A stretch of 64,000 nucleotides of DNA, from contig NC_087250.1 of NCBI RefSeq assembly GCF_037042905.1, forward strand, positions 8,248,001-8,312,000. The letters are read 5' to 3'. The position numbers and the translations under genes are program-made. A model generated the notes under the pieces. That model made no database searches, had not been told where the DNA came from, and worked only from the letters and a program-made list of their open reading frames with translations. Of this stretch, positions 36,301-48,948 are shown piece after piece; the first letter of the stretch is position 1; every line of letters starts with the position of its first letter. This stretch comes from Lytechinus pictus (taxonomy: Eukaryota).

Positions 36301-38839
36301 CACCGAATGATACTACACGCTTAGCCGGTCGGATGAATACATCAGGTAATTCCATGAATGGAATTCCAGCCTGAACAGCAACATCCAAACCACTAATCCT
36401 TCGAAGAGAAACTGTCTGTTGTCCCTTGTGAATATGAGACAGGTCTCACCTACAATCGCAAGAGGGGAGGAATTGTCAGTAGGTTGAACTGATCGGGAAG
36501 TGGCGGTTATCACAGCCCCAAGATCTTGAACCGTAGAATGTAAAATCAAATTCTCCGTAGACCCACTGACAATGCTCACACGGACACACTGATCACCATG
36601 GAACAGTTCCACAAAGGGAGTCACGGGGGCCTGATTATGCACAATGAATGAACTAGCCACAGACCTATGTGGTGTACTGTGAGGACCTTGGACCTCGATC
36701 ATCTGACTCTGATGATTGTCCATTGCACCAGTGAGGGTCTCCCTGAATCGCCGACTCTGACTTCGAGTCATCAAAGCAACCAAGATGTAACTTAGGATCT
36801 ACAGAGGAACGATCCACAGCATATGATGAACAGTCAACATCTTTAGAAGGAATACAGCCTGGAACATGATCATAACCAGGGTCATGATCGACAATCAACT
36901 CATCGCAGGTATCACTACAAGTCTGGAAATTGGTGTAGCCGAGAATGCTAGCGGCCTTGCGAGCTCGAGTAATCATGCGCCTTTCATGGTCGGGCAAGAA
37001 TGGACAGTCACCAATATGGTGGCGGGAACAATGCTGACTAGCATAAAGACAAAATGGGCACACAACTTGGTTGGTTAACGTTAGGCAAATGATGAACTAA
37101 GGCGGGCCTAGGACTAGCCTGAATCGATGTAGGTGTCATGCTATAACTATCGGTAGCCTGGATATGTTCAGGACTCGACGTAAACCGATAGCAAGGTACA
37201 ACACACCGGGCGTCACACTTGTGGTCATCATTCATGTCATAATAGGCAGATCTATCATACATCTCTTTACTAGACCTACTACCGATATCATCGTCTCTCG
37301 ACTCATGATCATCGGACAAGGCTCGATGATCGTTAAGCTTATGGCTAGTTAAGTGTACGTGTAAAACTCTAATCTGATTCTGAGGATATGACTGGCAATG
37401 TAGATCTAGGCACGACTTTCATCTGGAATCATCCAACTTATAGCTTTCTTAATCACAATGAAAACTGTCAGAATCTTCTGCTTCATCCTCATCAACATAA
37501 TCATCGTCTGGCTCATTCTCAACCTCATAATCATTCTTCTCATCATACCCATGATTATCATCTTCTGGATCATTCTCCACTTCATAATCATAGTCCGGTT
37601 CATTCTCATTATCAAATTACGACCACTGTGTCTGTGACTGACATCAACAAATTCAACATTCTCATTATCATCCACACAATGATTCCTTGATCTATTGACT
37701 GTGTCTGTGTATAAATTTCTCGATTTACTAAGTGCATGTGTAATCACTTGAATTACTGATTGTATTGCTATAAATGTCATAACTCTCAGATAGGAAAGTA
37801 CAAGAACTAACTTGATTGGGGCGGCCTCGCTCTCGGGCCTGGGGGCGAGGTCTTGACCTCGGTGGGGAACAGCCATTCAAAGGACTGTATGTAGGACTAC
37901 GGCACTGAGGTAGTAAAAAATTGTTATCACGACACATTTTTGCCGACCAACTGGTTGCTCGGATAGCATGAATCCCATCGGTGTGCGGAGCAGGCAAGGT
38001 TCAAATCCCAGCTGTCACCAAGACATTAAGAAATAAAGGAGATGGAAAACCAGTTACAGTAATAACAATTTTATTACACCAACGTTAGGGCAAGCCTCAT
38101 TATCTTTGCGCGGCCATCGTCGTAAGGGCCGATAAGACATCATCCCTCGCAGAGGGCGACATTTCACAAGACACATCAAATTCAATAACATATTGGCGCA
38201 ATATTTTTTTCCTACTTCATAATTAGGTTTTTCATTCAACTTTTTATTCAATCATGTTAACAATATTTCCACATGTTCAGGGATAAATCAAACATAATCT
38301 AACATTATAATTAGGGGGGGGGAATGTAAATTTGAATAAAATAAAATACCAAACATAGTATTTCAATAAGCCCAATGCTTTTCAAATCTGCATTTTGTAA
38401 ACAGTACCATTATTTGCATACTTACAACCTCACTTACATACATATATCACTCCGCTGTTGTGAACATAAGCAAATCATGAAATGCAATACTTATGTACCC
38501 ATAAGTTCACCAGAATCCTGTGAAAATAAGCAAATCATGAAAAGCAATACTTCTGTAACCATAAGTTCACCATAATTCTGTGAAAATAAGCAACAATGTA
38601 ATACTTCTGTACCACACAACTTTATCATAATCCTAAAGTAAGCAAACAATTTAGATTAAATGCTTGCATTGCACACATGCCCTCCATATTACCCTTCGGT
38701 GAAAATAAGTAAGAATCAGTAAAACGCTAAACTTTGTCATTTTTATCAAATTTTGATATTTTTCCATTACTTTTCACTATTTACCATCATTTTCAAGAAA
38801 AAATCTAAACAATAAGTCAATGTCTTTTAAAAAGCACTA

Positions 38840-39045
38840 TTAAATAGAAATGTTTTCAGGTTGCCCTTGAAGGTGGTCGCTGAAGTCTGGGTTTTCAAAC
38901 TCTGTGGAAGAGAATTCCACAGGTTAGGCCCTGCATGAGCAAAGGCCCGTTTCCATGCATGATTTGTTAGCAACTGAAATATGTAAGAAATTAGATGATG
39001 AGGATCGTGTATTTCTTGAGGGATGGTGATTATGGATCAAAGACT
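38840..39045 (-). mobile_element. L2/CR1-group LINE 3' fragment
   Basis: Minus strand encodes RAFAHAGPNLWNSLPQ, the typical C-terminal motif of L2/CR1 ORF2. Confidence 0.6.
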
Positions 39046-39731
39046 TATTGTAACTGTTTGAGACTAAAGATCACAAATATAGTGCTTCTGGCCTGTATGT
39101 ATTCTTAAAGGAGAATGAAACCTTTGGAACAAGATAGCTTGTGTGTAAACAGAAAAATAAAAGAAACAGATCAACAAAAGTTTGAGAAAAATTGGACAAA
39201 TAATGAGAAAGTTATGAGCATTTGAATATTGCGATCACTTATGCTATGGAAATCCTTAAATTGCCTGGTTTATCACATCTATCAGTAGATAATGTGTTCT
39301 CTCTTTAGGAGGGCATGTAATACAGATTTTTAAAGAATACATCATGAATAAAGAGTTTGTATCACCATAAGAAAAAGCAAAAGAGACATTTTGAGTGACA
39401 GTTGTTCACATGTGACATCACACATCCTTGTCACATTGCCAATTTGAGGATCTCCATAGCATTAGTGATTGCAATATTCAAATGCTCATAACTTTCTCAT
39501 TATTTGTCTGATTTTTCTCAAACTTTCTTTGTTCTTATTCTTTGATATTTCTCTTTCGACACAAGCCTACTTGTTCCAAAGGTTTCATTCCCCTTTAAAT
39601 AATTTTGAATAACTAAATGGTTCACAAAACTTATCACACACAAAGGGCTTACCGGTATCACATGTATGGGTTTACTTCTTTTTCTGAAAGCAATTATATC
39701 TCTATGTGCCTTACAACTGTTTCACCTCAAT

Positions 39732-40125
39732 GGCCCAAATTCACGAAGGTGATTTTGAAAACCCACGGTTGAGTCCATGATTTATGCAGATCTCCTGTAT
39801 AAATCGGGCGCGTTAAAAAAAAAAGTCCAATGCTGATGCGCGCTTTTGTGACAGTGCGCCAAATTAATGCCTGTTGTCATAGTTATCCATGCTATTTCAT
39901 TCATGAGTCCACTCTTCAAACAGTGGACTCATGAATAAAATTGCGTATCTTACCATGGTAACAGGCGTACAATTTGGTGCACTGTGACAAAAGCGGGCAT
40001 CAGCATCGGACATTTGTGTTAAACGCGACCGATACGCACTAAATTAAGCGTAATTTATACAGGAAATCTGCATAAACCACGGATTCAACCGTGGGTTTTA
40101 AAAACCACCTTTGTGAATTCAGGCC
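39732..40125. mobile_element. Palindromic MITE just downstream of the gene B stop
   Basis: TIR GGCCCAAATTCACGAAGGT...ACCTTTGTGAATTCAGGCC with mirrored interior. Confidence 0.65.
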
Positions 40126-40188
40126 AATGGGTTTGTTTGTGTATCATGAGACTACAAGATTTACTAAATAAATGCCTTATCACATTGC

Positions 40189-42473
40189 TCACATATATGA
40201 GGGCTTCTCACCTGTATGGGTTCGTTTATGTAGCCTGAGATGATGTCCAAGACTAAATGCCTTCCCACATTCCTCACACACAAAAGGCTTCTCACCAGTA
40301 TGAGTTCGTTTATGGTTTCTGAGGCCATTTCTGTGCCTAAATGCCTTACTACATAGATTACATACATAGGGCTTCTCACCTGTATGGGTTCGTTTATGGT
40401 TTGTGAGGATATTTTCTTGCCGAAATGCCTTACCACAAAAATTACATACATAGGGTTTCTCACCTGTATGAATTCGTTTATGAATTCTGAGATGAATTCC
40501 TTGGCTAAATGCCTTACCACATTGATCACATACATAGGGCTTTTCACCTGTATGGATTTGTTGATGTGTTATGAGATTAGATACATTACTAAATGTCTTG
40601 CCACATTGATCACAAACACAGGTTTTCTCACACACAAAGCCTGTATGGGATTGTTTGTGTCTTCTCAATGCACTTCTATCGCTTAATGCCTTACCACACA
40701 GATCACACACAAAGGGCTTCTCACCTGTATGGGTTCGTATATGGTTTGTCAGGATATTTTCTTGCCGAAATGCCTTACCACAAAAATCACATACATATGG
40801 TTTCTCACCTGTATGGATTCGTTTATGGTTTGTGAGATGAGTTTTTCTACTAAATGCCTTTCCACATTGATCGCATACATAGGGCTTCTCACCTGTATGG
40901 ATTCGTGTATGTGTTTTGAGACTAGACTCGTGTCGAAATGCCTTACCACATTGATCACAAACACAGGGCTTCTCAACTGTATGGATCTGTTTGTGTTTTC
41001 TCAACGCACTTCTATCGCTTAATGCCTTACCACACTGATCACACACAAAGGGCTTCTCACCTGTATGGGTTCGTATATGGTTTGTGAGGATATTTTCTTG
41101 CCGAAATGCCTTACCACAAAAATCACATTCATAGGGTTTCTCACCTGTATGGATTCGTTTATGGTTTGTGAGATGAGTTTTTCTATTAAATGCCTTTCCA
41201 CAATGATCACATACATAGGGCTTCTCACCTGTATGGATTTGTGTATGTGTTTTGAGACTAGACTCGTGTCGAAATGCCTTACCACATTGATCACAAACAC
41301 AGGGCTTCTCAACTGTATGGATCTGTTTGTGTCTTCTCAACGCACTTCTATCGCTTAATGCCTTACCACACTGATCACATACAAAGGGCTTCTCACCTGT
41401 ATGGGTTCGTATATGGTTTGTGAGGATATTTTCTTGCCGAAATGCCTTACCACAAAAATTACATTCATAGGGTTTCTCACCTGTATGGATTCGTTTATGG
41501 TTTGTGAGATGAGTTTTTCTATTAAATGCCTTTCCACATTGATCACATACATAGGGCTTCTCACCTGTATGGATTCGTGTATGTGTTTTGAGACTAGACT
41601 CGTGTCGAAATGCCTTACCACATTGATCACAAACATAGGGCTTCTCAACTGTATGGATACGTTTGTGTCTCGTGACATGGGATTTTACATTAAATGCCTT
41701 ACCACATACATCGCATACATAGGGCTTCTCACCTGTATGAATTCGTTTATGATTTCTGAGACGAATTTCGTGACTAAATGCTTTACCACATTGATCACAT
41801 ACATAGGGCTTTTCACTTGTATGGACTTGTTTATGTGTTATGAGAGTAGATACATATCGAAAGGCTTCCCCACATTGATCACAAACACAGGGCTTCTCAC
41901 CTGTATGGATCCGTTTGTGTCTTTTCAATGCACCTCTATCACTTAATGCCTTACCACACTGATCACACTCATAGGGCTTCTCACCAGTATGGACTCGTTT
42001 ATGGCTTTTGAGGACATTTTCTTGCCTAAATGCCTTACCACAAAGATTACAAACATAGGGCTTCTCACCTGTATGGATACGTTTGTGTCTTGTGAGATGG
42101 GATTTTATATTAAATGCCTTACCACATACATCACAAACATAGGGCTTTTCACCTGTATGGATTCGTTTATGTGTTGTGAGACTATAAGATTGACGAAATG
42201 CCTTACCACACTGATCACAAACATAACGTCTCATTTCGAGTATATTTTCCTTGTTTCGTATTTTAAAAATTCTCTTTTCACCATGTGTAAAATCATTAGT
42301 TTTGCAAATGGATTTTTGTATTTCTCCTTCGACAAATTGTAGAATGCTTTCCTTTGACGCATATGATGGCAAGACAACACCATTGAGCCCATGTTTGTAC
42401 TTGAGATGCCTTGCTAAGATGAGAGGAATAGCATAGACTGATCCACAGTACTCACATCTGTACAGTCCAGAAT
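40189..42473 (-). CDS. Gene B terminal exon: isolated C2H2 finger, spacer and 24 tandem C2H2 fingers
   Basis: ORF 40189..42495. Same acceptor as gene A (AG at 42474-42475). The first 83 exon codons are protein-identical to A. A 4-finger (336-nt) block is repeated three times. Confidence 0.93.
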
Positions 42474-42503
42474 CTATCAAGAAAAGACGATACATATTCT
42501 TAA

Positions 42504-43911
42504 AGTTGAATTAAGAAGACGATTCCAAATATTGAGATATTTACATTAATAGCAACCTTACAACCCCCCAAACACTAATAGGTGATTCGACCCCCCATTT
42601 TCTTTTTTCAAAATAGTGAATTTGAGTTCGCTCCTGCAATGCCTACCGAGACGGGTGTTCTTTGAGTGTGACGTCACCGGGGGGTATTCGGTCCCGTTTT
42701 GTGTACTGTGCACGTACTCCTTCATATGGAATAACTGCAGATGAAGTTGTATCTGCGAGCCATAGAACTTGCAAAGAGGAAATGATTAAAATATTTGTGG
42801 CCGTACTATTATTCCAAATATGTGAATTCCCTCAGAATGATACCATAGACCCTAAAGGAATAATTTCAAGGTGAATAATATGAAATTTGATCGAGATCTT
42901 CTCACCAGTCGATAACGTAGCAGACGTGTTATTATGACATATTTATCCGCGTGTGACGCGGCTCTTGCAAAAAAACACAGTTGGTTGCGGAATTGCTTTG
43001 TGCCGACCGGCCGCCCGCTCCGGCGCAGCTAGCTGTCGAGCGACCGTACCGTTCTTGTTGTCTTCAACCATAGAGATGTATACTAATTACTATATATATC
43101 TTTCTGTCTTCAACTCACTTGCGAATTGCGTTTGTATGTGTGACGGTGACCCCTAGCGTAATTAAATATAGAAAACAACTCAGAAGGCCGAGAAAGAATA
43201 CTATACGTTTGGTTCAAGATTGTTCTGTGGAATGAGCTATGAGTGGAAATGATCCAGAGGATATAAAAGTGGAGTCAAAGACAAAAGAAAAGAAGAAAAA
43301 ACGCCAGGGGATCGCTGCACGGCCATGAACTAAGTCGACATACCAGACCATAACAGTACACTCAATGCCTAGCTGGGTGTTGTGTGTACTAGTATTATGC
43401 GTTCAGCGCGCGCTGAGCTCGCCGCCGGAATTACTTTCCAGCTACTCACTTGATTGAACATCGTGATAAAATAAATGAGAAATAATGAAAATATCATTCA
43501 ATAACTCACTGTTTGCTATCTTACATCATGATTGAAGAGTTCATGGTGGTTATTCATACTGTTTTTTATACAGGGAAAGTAAAGATTTGTACATATCAGT
43601 CATATTTGTTTGATTTGAGTTGCTTTGAAAAAAAAATGTAAAATATCTTTCTCTCTCTGCATAGCATTTCTGTATGACATTCAGGCACCTCTTATACTAA
43701 ATTCCCCCCGGTGACGTCACACTCCGAGTGACTTTTCTGTACACTCGTCTCTCAGGCTCTGACAGGTGGCTAATTTCATAGACTTTCAAAGCAAAATATC
43801 GAGAAGGCAGAGGATTTTTGTGACATGCTATCTGTTTGAACAACTTATATATACTATATATTGTATGTAGAACCTATATTTATGGAAACTCACCCCCTTC
43901 TTAATTCAACT
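42504..43911. mobile_element. Kolobok-like element Y, copy B (no Tc1, different TTAA site)
   Basis: TTAA|AGTTGAATTAAGAAG...CTTCTTAATTCAACT|TTAA. Confidence 0.75.
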
Positions 43912-46900
43912 TTAAAGGGGAATGAAAACTTTGGAATAGTAGGCTTTTGTCGAAACAGAAAAATTGAAGAAACAGATCAACAAAAGTTTAAGAAAAATCG
44001 GACAAATAATGAGAAAGTTATGAGCATTAGAATATTGCAATCACTAATGCTATGGAGATCCTCCCATTGGCAATGCGACATGGATATGTGATGTCACATG
44101 TGACCAACTTTCCCTTTGATAAACTATAAAATACCACCAAAATGTCTTGTTTTGCTTTTTTTATGGTGATAAAACTCTTTATCCATGATGTATTCTTTAA
44201 AAATCTCTACTACATGCCCTCCGATAGAAAGAACTCATGATCTACTGATCTATGAGATAAAAGAGGCAATTTAAGTGAAATATATACTCGAGTAATGTGG
44301 AGAGTTGTTCACAAGTGACATCACACATCTTTGTCGCATTGCCAGTGTGAGGATCTCCATAGCATTAGTGATCGCAATATTTATTCAAATGCTCATAACC
44401 TTCTCATTATTTGTCTGATTTTTCTCAAACTTTCATTAACTGTTTCTTTGATTTTTCTGTTTTCACACAAGCTATCTTGTTCTACATTGTAAAGGTGTCA
44501 TTCTCCTTTAACTATTCGAATAATTCTCTTAGGTTGACCTTTGCACGCATTGTGGTGCCCGCATTGATGCGTGCCAATGCGGGAAATGTTATGACATGAC
44601 TTCCCTGTATTAGTGCACGCATTGTCCCGACACGTTCACGACATGTTTCCGCAAAAGACGATACATATTCTTAACTATTCAAATAATTCTCTTAGGTTGA
44701 CCTTTGCACGCATTGTGGTGCCCGCATTGATGCGTGCCAGTGTGGGAAATGTTATGGCATGACTTCCCTTTATTAGTGCACGCATTGTCCCGACACATTC
44801 ACGACATGTTTCCGCGTTGCTTGCGCGTAATTCATGCAATGTTCATGCACTGTCCCCACGTGCTTTCAGCAAATTTCCCCAACACCCTTATTGTGTGATG
44901 TAGTTTGCCAAAATTTCAATATTCCTACATTCTGGTGTTGACGCCCTCTACATTCATTGATAAGGACTTCTTACACTGATCTTGTGGTCTGCACAAACAA
45001 TTTTTTGCATATCATTTGTGAACTATTCTTAACCTATGCGCAAAGTATGAGTGCCCGTAGTGAGCTTGTCATGAAATGCATGCCATTACAATGGGGTGTG
45101 CCTACAATCTTTTGCACCACAAATTTCTCTTTCATGAACTATGAACTGGTCTATTTGTCACAAGTTGGAGACTTGTTTCCAATTAACTATGCATATCGTA
45201 AGCTGCTAGATCGCAAGCAAAGGTACTCTATGGTTGAGCGCGAATGCTTAGCTTCGGCATGGGTAGTTAAGGAGCGCAAGCAAAGGTACCCCATGGTTGA
45301 GCGCGAATGCTTAGCTTCGGCATGGGCAGTTAAGAAGTTTTCCTACTACTTGTGCAGAAAGAAATTCAGATACCAAACTGTGTCCTGTTTCATCAGGCTC
45401 GTTATAATAACAAAATTCCGATAACAGTTTAAAGCTACTGAAATCCTGCGATTTGATTGGTTGATTCAAAATTTGTCATAGAAACAAGTCTTAATGAAAT
45501 GGGACCCAGATCATCATCCTCTGTCTTATCTACCAAAACCACAACTAAAGAATCCAAGAGTTCTGTGTTTGGTGCTCAGATTGCAAGCATATTCACAGCA
45601 TTCAGGTAATAAAGCCCAGCCATGGCGCAATTTCCTTCAGCAAGAAATTCATCCACATTGTGCTGCACTCAACCCAGGTGAGGTGAACGGGAACCCGGCG
45701 GGATTAATTCCTTAGTAATTCCTTAGAATGCAAGAGCGCTGCAAGGCAGCTCGAGTTAAAGCCGAGGTAATAATAATAACAACGCGCCTCGGAATAGAAT
45801 ATTTCTAGATAGATGGCGCTATATAAATGCCTATTATTATCATCATTATAAAGGGAACAGAGAATGTACATGTAGGTGCAGATAATTTAAGTAGATGTCC
45901 TTAATTTTTTTTATTTATGGCGTTTGTCTAAAGGAAGGGGAAGTTTGTAACAAGCAATTTTTTATTTTGACACTCAGGAAAAATCCTAAATTTTTATTTT
46001 TATAAAAGTGTTTAATGAGAAAACATGATGGTTTAATTTTGGGTGCTTAGTATAATCATGGACCTACTCCAACTGGACATTCAACGAATCCCCTCCTTTG
46101 GGCCTAAGACCGTCGCCGCTAATCCATTTATAAACAGAGCGCTGGCAGCTGACGCCCATCAAGCCGATCGTAAACAAGCTGTCACTGAAGGACAGCAGCA
46201 ATCACTTGTGCCTCATATAAATAGACCTTTTGCCCTCTACATGTAGATTACCTTTGACCCCATCACTCTCACAGGCTCACATGTGGTACATGTATTACCC
46301 AAAGATCAAAGGGTAAACAGAATTGATGCAGAAATAAAGAAATTAAAGCAGTTTGAACAAAAACTTGACCTTTTGACCCTAGATGACCTTTGACACCATC
46401 ATCCTCAGCAAAACACTTGCGGTATTACCCAAGGATCATACGTAACAAGTGTGAACATAATTGATGCAGAAATATAGAAATGAGAGCAATACGAAAGTAA
46501 ACTTGTAATTTTGACCCCTAGATGACCCTTGACCCATCATACTCAACAACACACTCATGCGGTATTACCCAAGGATCCTTTGAACCAAATGTGATCAAAA
46601 TTGATGCAGAAATAAAGAAACGTGTGAAACGTTGAACAAAAAACTTTAAATAAGAATGAACATGACCTCATATCATTTGACGTTTTGACCCCTAGATGAC
46701 CTTGGACCCCATCATTCTCATGGGGTCAAATGTGTATTACCCAAGGAGCATATGTCCAACTATCAACATAACTGATTCACAAATAAATAAGAGCAAGTTG
46801 AACAAAAACTTCCACAGTTTGGAACAGACTAACAAACCTACAAACAGACCAATGGACTAACAGGAAAACTTGTTCTCTGCCAAACTTCACATAACTTTTT

Positions 46901-48257
46901 ATAACCAAGGTTGTATCGGATTCTCCTTTAACCTTCCATGACTTGCCCTAGGTCTATTGGTTGTACAGTGCACTCAAATGGACGGATTCACACTACGGTG
47001 CGCCAGATCGGATGCAGCGGACAGGCCAATTTCTAACTTAAGTAATCCTGCGCAATGAGTATCATGAGTTCTTCTTGTTAGGGAGCAATTAGGTACCCTT
47101 TAGAACAGTTTAAAGGGGAATCCAACCCAAACAAAAACTTATTTTTATAAGAAAAAGAAAAATCAGACCAGATGATAGGTGAAAGTTTGAACAATATTGG
47201 ACAAACAACAAGAAAGTTATGAATTTTTAAAGTTGTAAATATTGGTAATCACTATACTCATGGAGACTTCAAATTGGCCGCATATGGGATGTCATAGTGA
47301 TGTAAGGCAAGGACTACTCTTCCATGTACTCCAATACATATTATGGCTAAAATGTCATTTTTCCCAAAAGTTATATTTCAAATTATATTTTTCTTTCATG
47401 AGGACATTAAGCAATATACTACCTGGGTTATATTTAGATTACTGCCCCAGGGGAATGGGTACTTAGGAGAAAACCACAAATCCCTGATAATAAAGTACAT
47501 GGCCTATGGGAAAGTTGTCCTTGCCCCTTGTCATAATTTACTTACCCAGTTGCCAATTTGAAATCTACATATAATAGTGATCTCAATTTTAAAGCAGCTA
47601 TAACTTTCTTATTGCTTGTCCGATTCCTTTCAAACGTTCGCCATTCTGTTTAATTTATTTTTCTCCTTCCCAACAAAACATTTTATGGCCTAGGCTGGAT
47701 TCCCCTTTAAAGATGCCTGAGGTGTAGCCGAGGGCAATTGATCTGTTCCACAGATAACAAGTGTGTATGATCATTCCAGTCCTCTCTGATAATAATGAAA
47801 CTAATGATAGCATCTAGTTGCCTATTCAATGGCGCACTTTATATTGTCCTGGCTTTAGATTCAGTTGCTAAAGGCACTTCTTGCATTCAAGGAATTAATC
47901 CTGTTGGACACCCATTTACCTCACCTGGATTGAGTGCAGTACAATGTGGGTATATTTCTTGAAGGAAAACACAGCATGGCTGGAATTCGAACCCACGTCC
48001 TTCTGATTGAAAGACGAGAGTAGTAACCACAAGACCATAATGGCCCCATATTACCATTTATTTCATAACATATTGAACTAAAGAGTTTCCAAAACTTTTG
48101 TCCATGTGACTCCTCCCACTTTAGTTTTCCAGACCCCAATATTCCTGTTGCATTCAAGTTTTCAAGAGCCAAATTAGATGGACTAAATCATCAAGCCCCT
48201 TTAGTCATAAGCAAATTCATTTTTTTCAGGGTATGGTTTAAGGCCACACACGCTTAC

Positions 48258-48948
48258 CCTTTTCATACATGGATTGGAATTGGGTTGGGGTCTTGCTGCC
48301 TCCTGAAGCTTCTTCTGCCTTCTGATCACCTGATGATATTGGATCGGTTTGTGTCTGGGTAACTTCATCATAGTTCTTCCATCCCAGATCATTTATTTTC
48401 CCTTCCGCACTGTGATTAGCATCACATATTTCTGTATTTTGTTCACATGACAGAGAGATGAGATCACCTGACTTGATCCTTTGATCACCTGCTGATATTG
48501 GATTGGTTTGTGCCTGAGTAACTTCATCATAGTTATTCCATCCCAGATCATTGATTTTCCCTTCTGCATAGTGATTAGCCTCGCATATTTCTGCCTTCTG
48601 ATCACATGACAGAGAGATAGGATCACCTGACTTGGTACTTTGGTCACCTAATATTGGATTGGTTTGTGTCTGAGTAACTTCATCATCGTTCTTCCATTCC
48701 AGATCATTGAATTTCCCTTCCGCATTGTGATTAGCCTCACATATTTCTGCCTTCCGATTACATGATGGAGAGATGCGATCACCTGACTTGGTCCTTTGAT
48801 CACCTGATAATATTAGATTGGTTTGTGTCTGGGTAATTTCATCATAGTTCTTCCATTCCAGACCAGTAATTTTCCCTTCTGCATCATGATTAGCCTCACC
48901 TAGCAGATTGCCATCATCATCATACTCGGCCTCTACTTTTATAGTGAA
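48258..48948 (-). CDS. Gene B 53-aa-repeat exon (~3.7 repeats)
   Basis: Same splice sites as 10584-11118. Length 691 nt = 535+159-3. Translated by hand with no stop. Confidence 0.8.

Larger units (their letters stand above)
24597..38201 (-). mobile_element. Old degenerate Gypsy-like element ('LTR-I'). 5' LTR ~38020-38201; 3' LTR split by nested insertions (24597-24637, 32087-32112, 33325-33437)
   Basis: PBS TGGTGACAGCTGGGATTTGAACC at 38019-37997. Relic gag knuckle CPFCLYASQHCSRHHIGDCPFLP and protease-like VSIVSGSTENLI. The LTR pieces realign to 38020-38201. Confidence 0.65.

Noticed and set aside
37388..37690. His-rich plus-strand ORF
   Set aside because: Antisense of a low-complexity acidic stretch within the degenerate LTR-I gag region.
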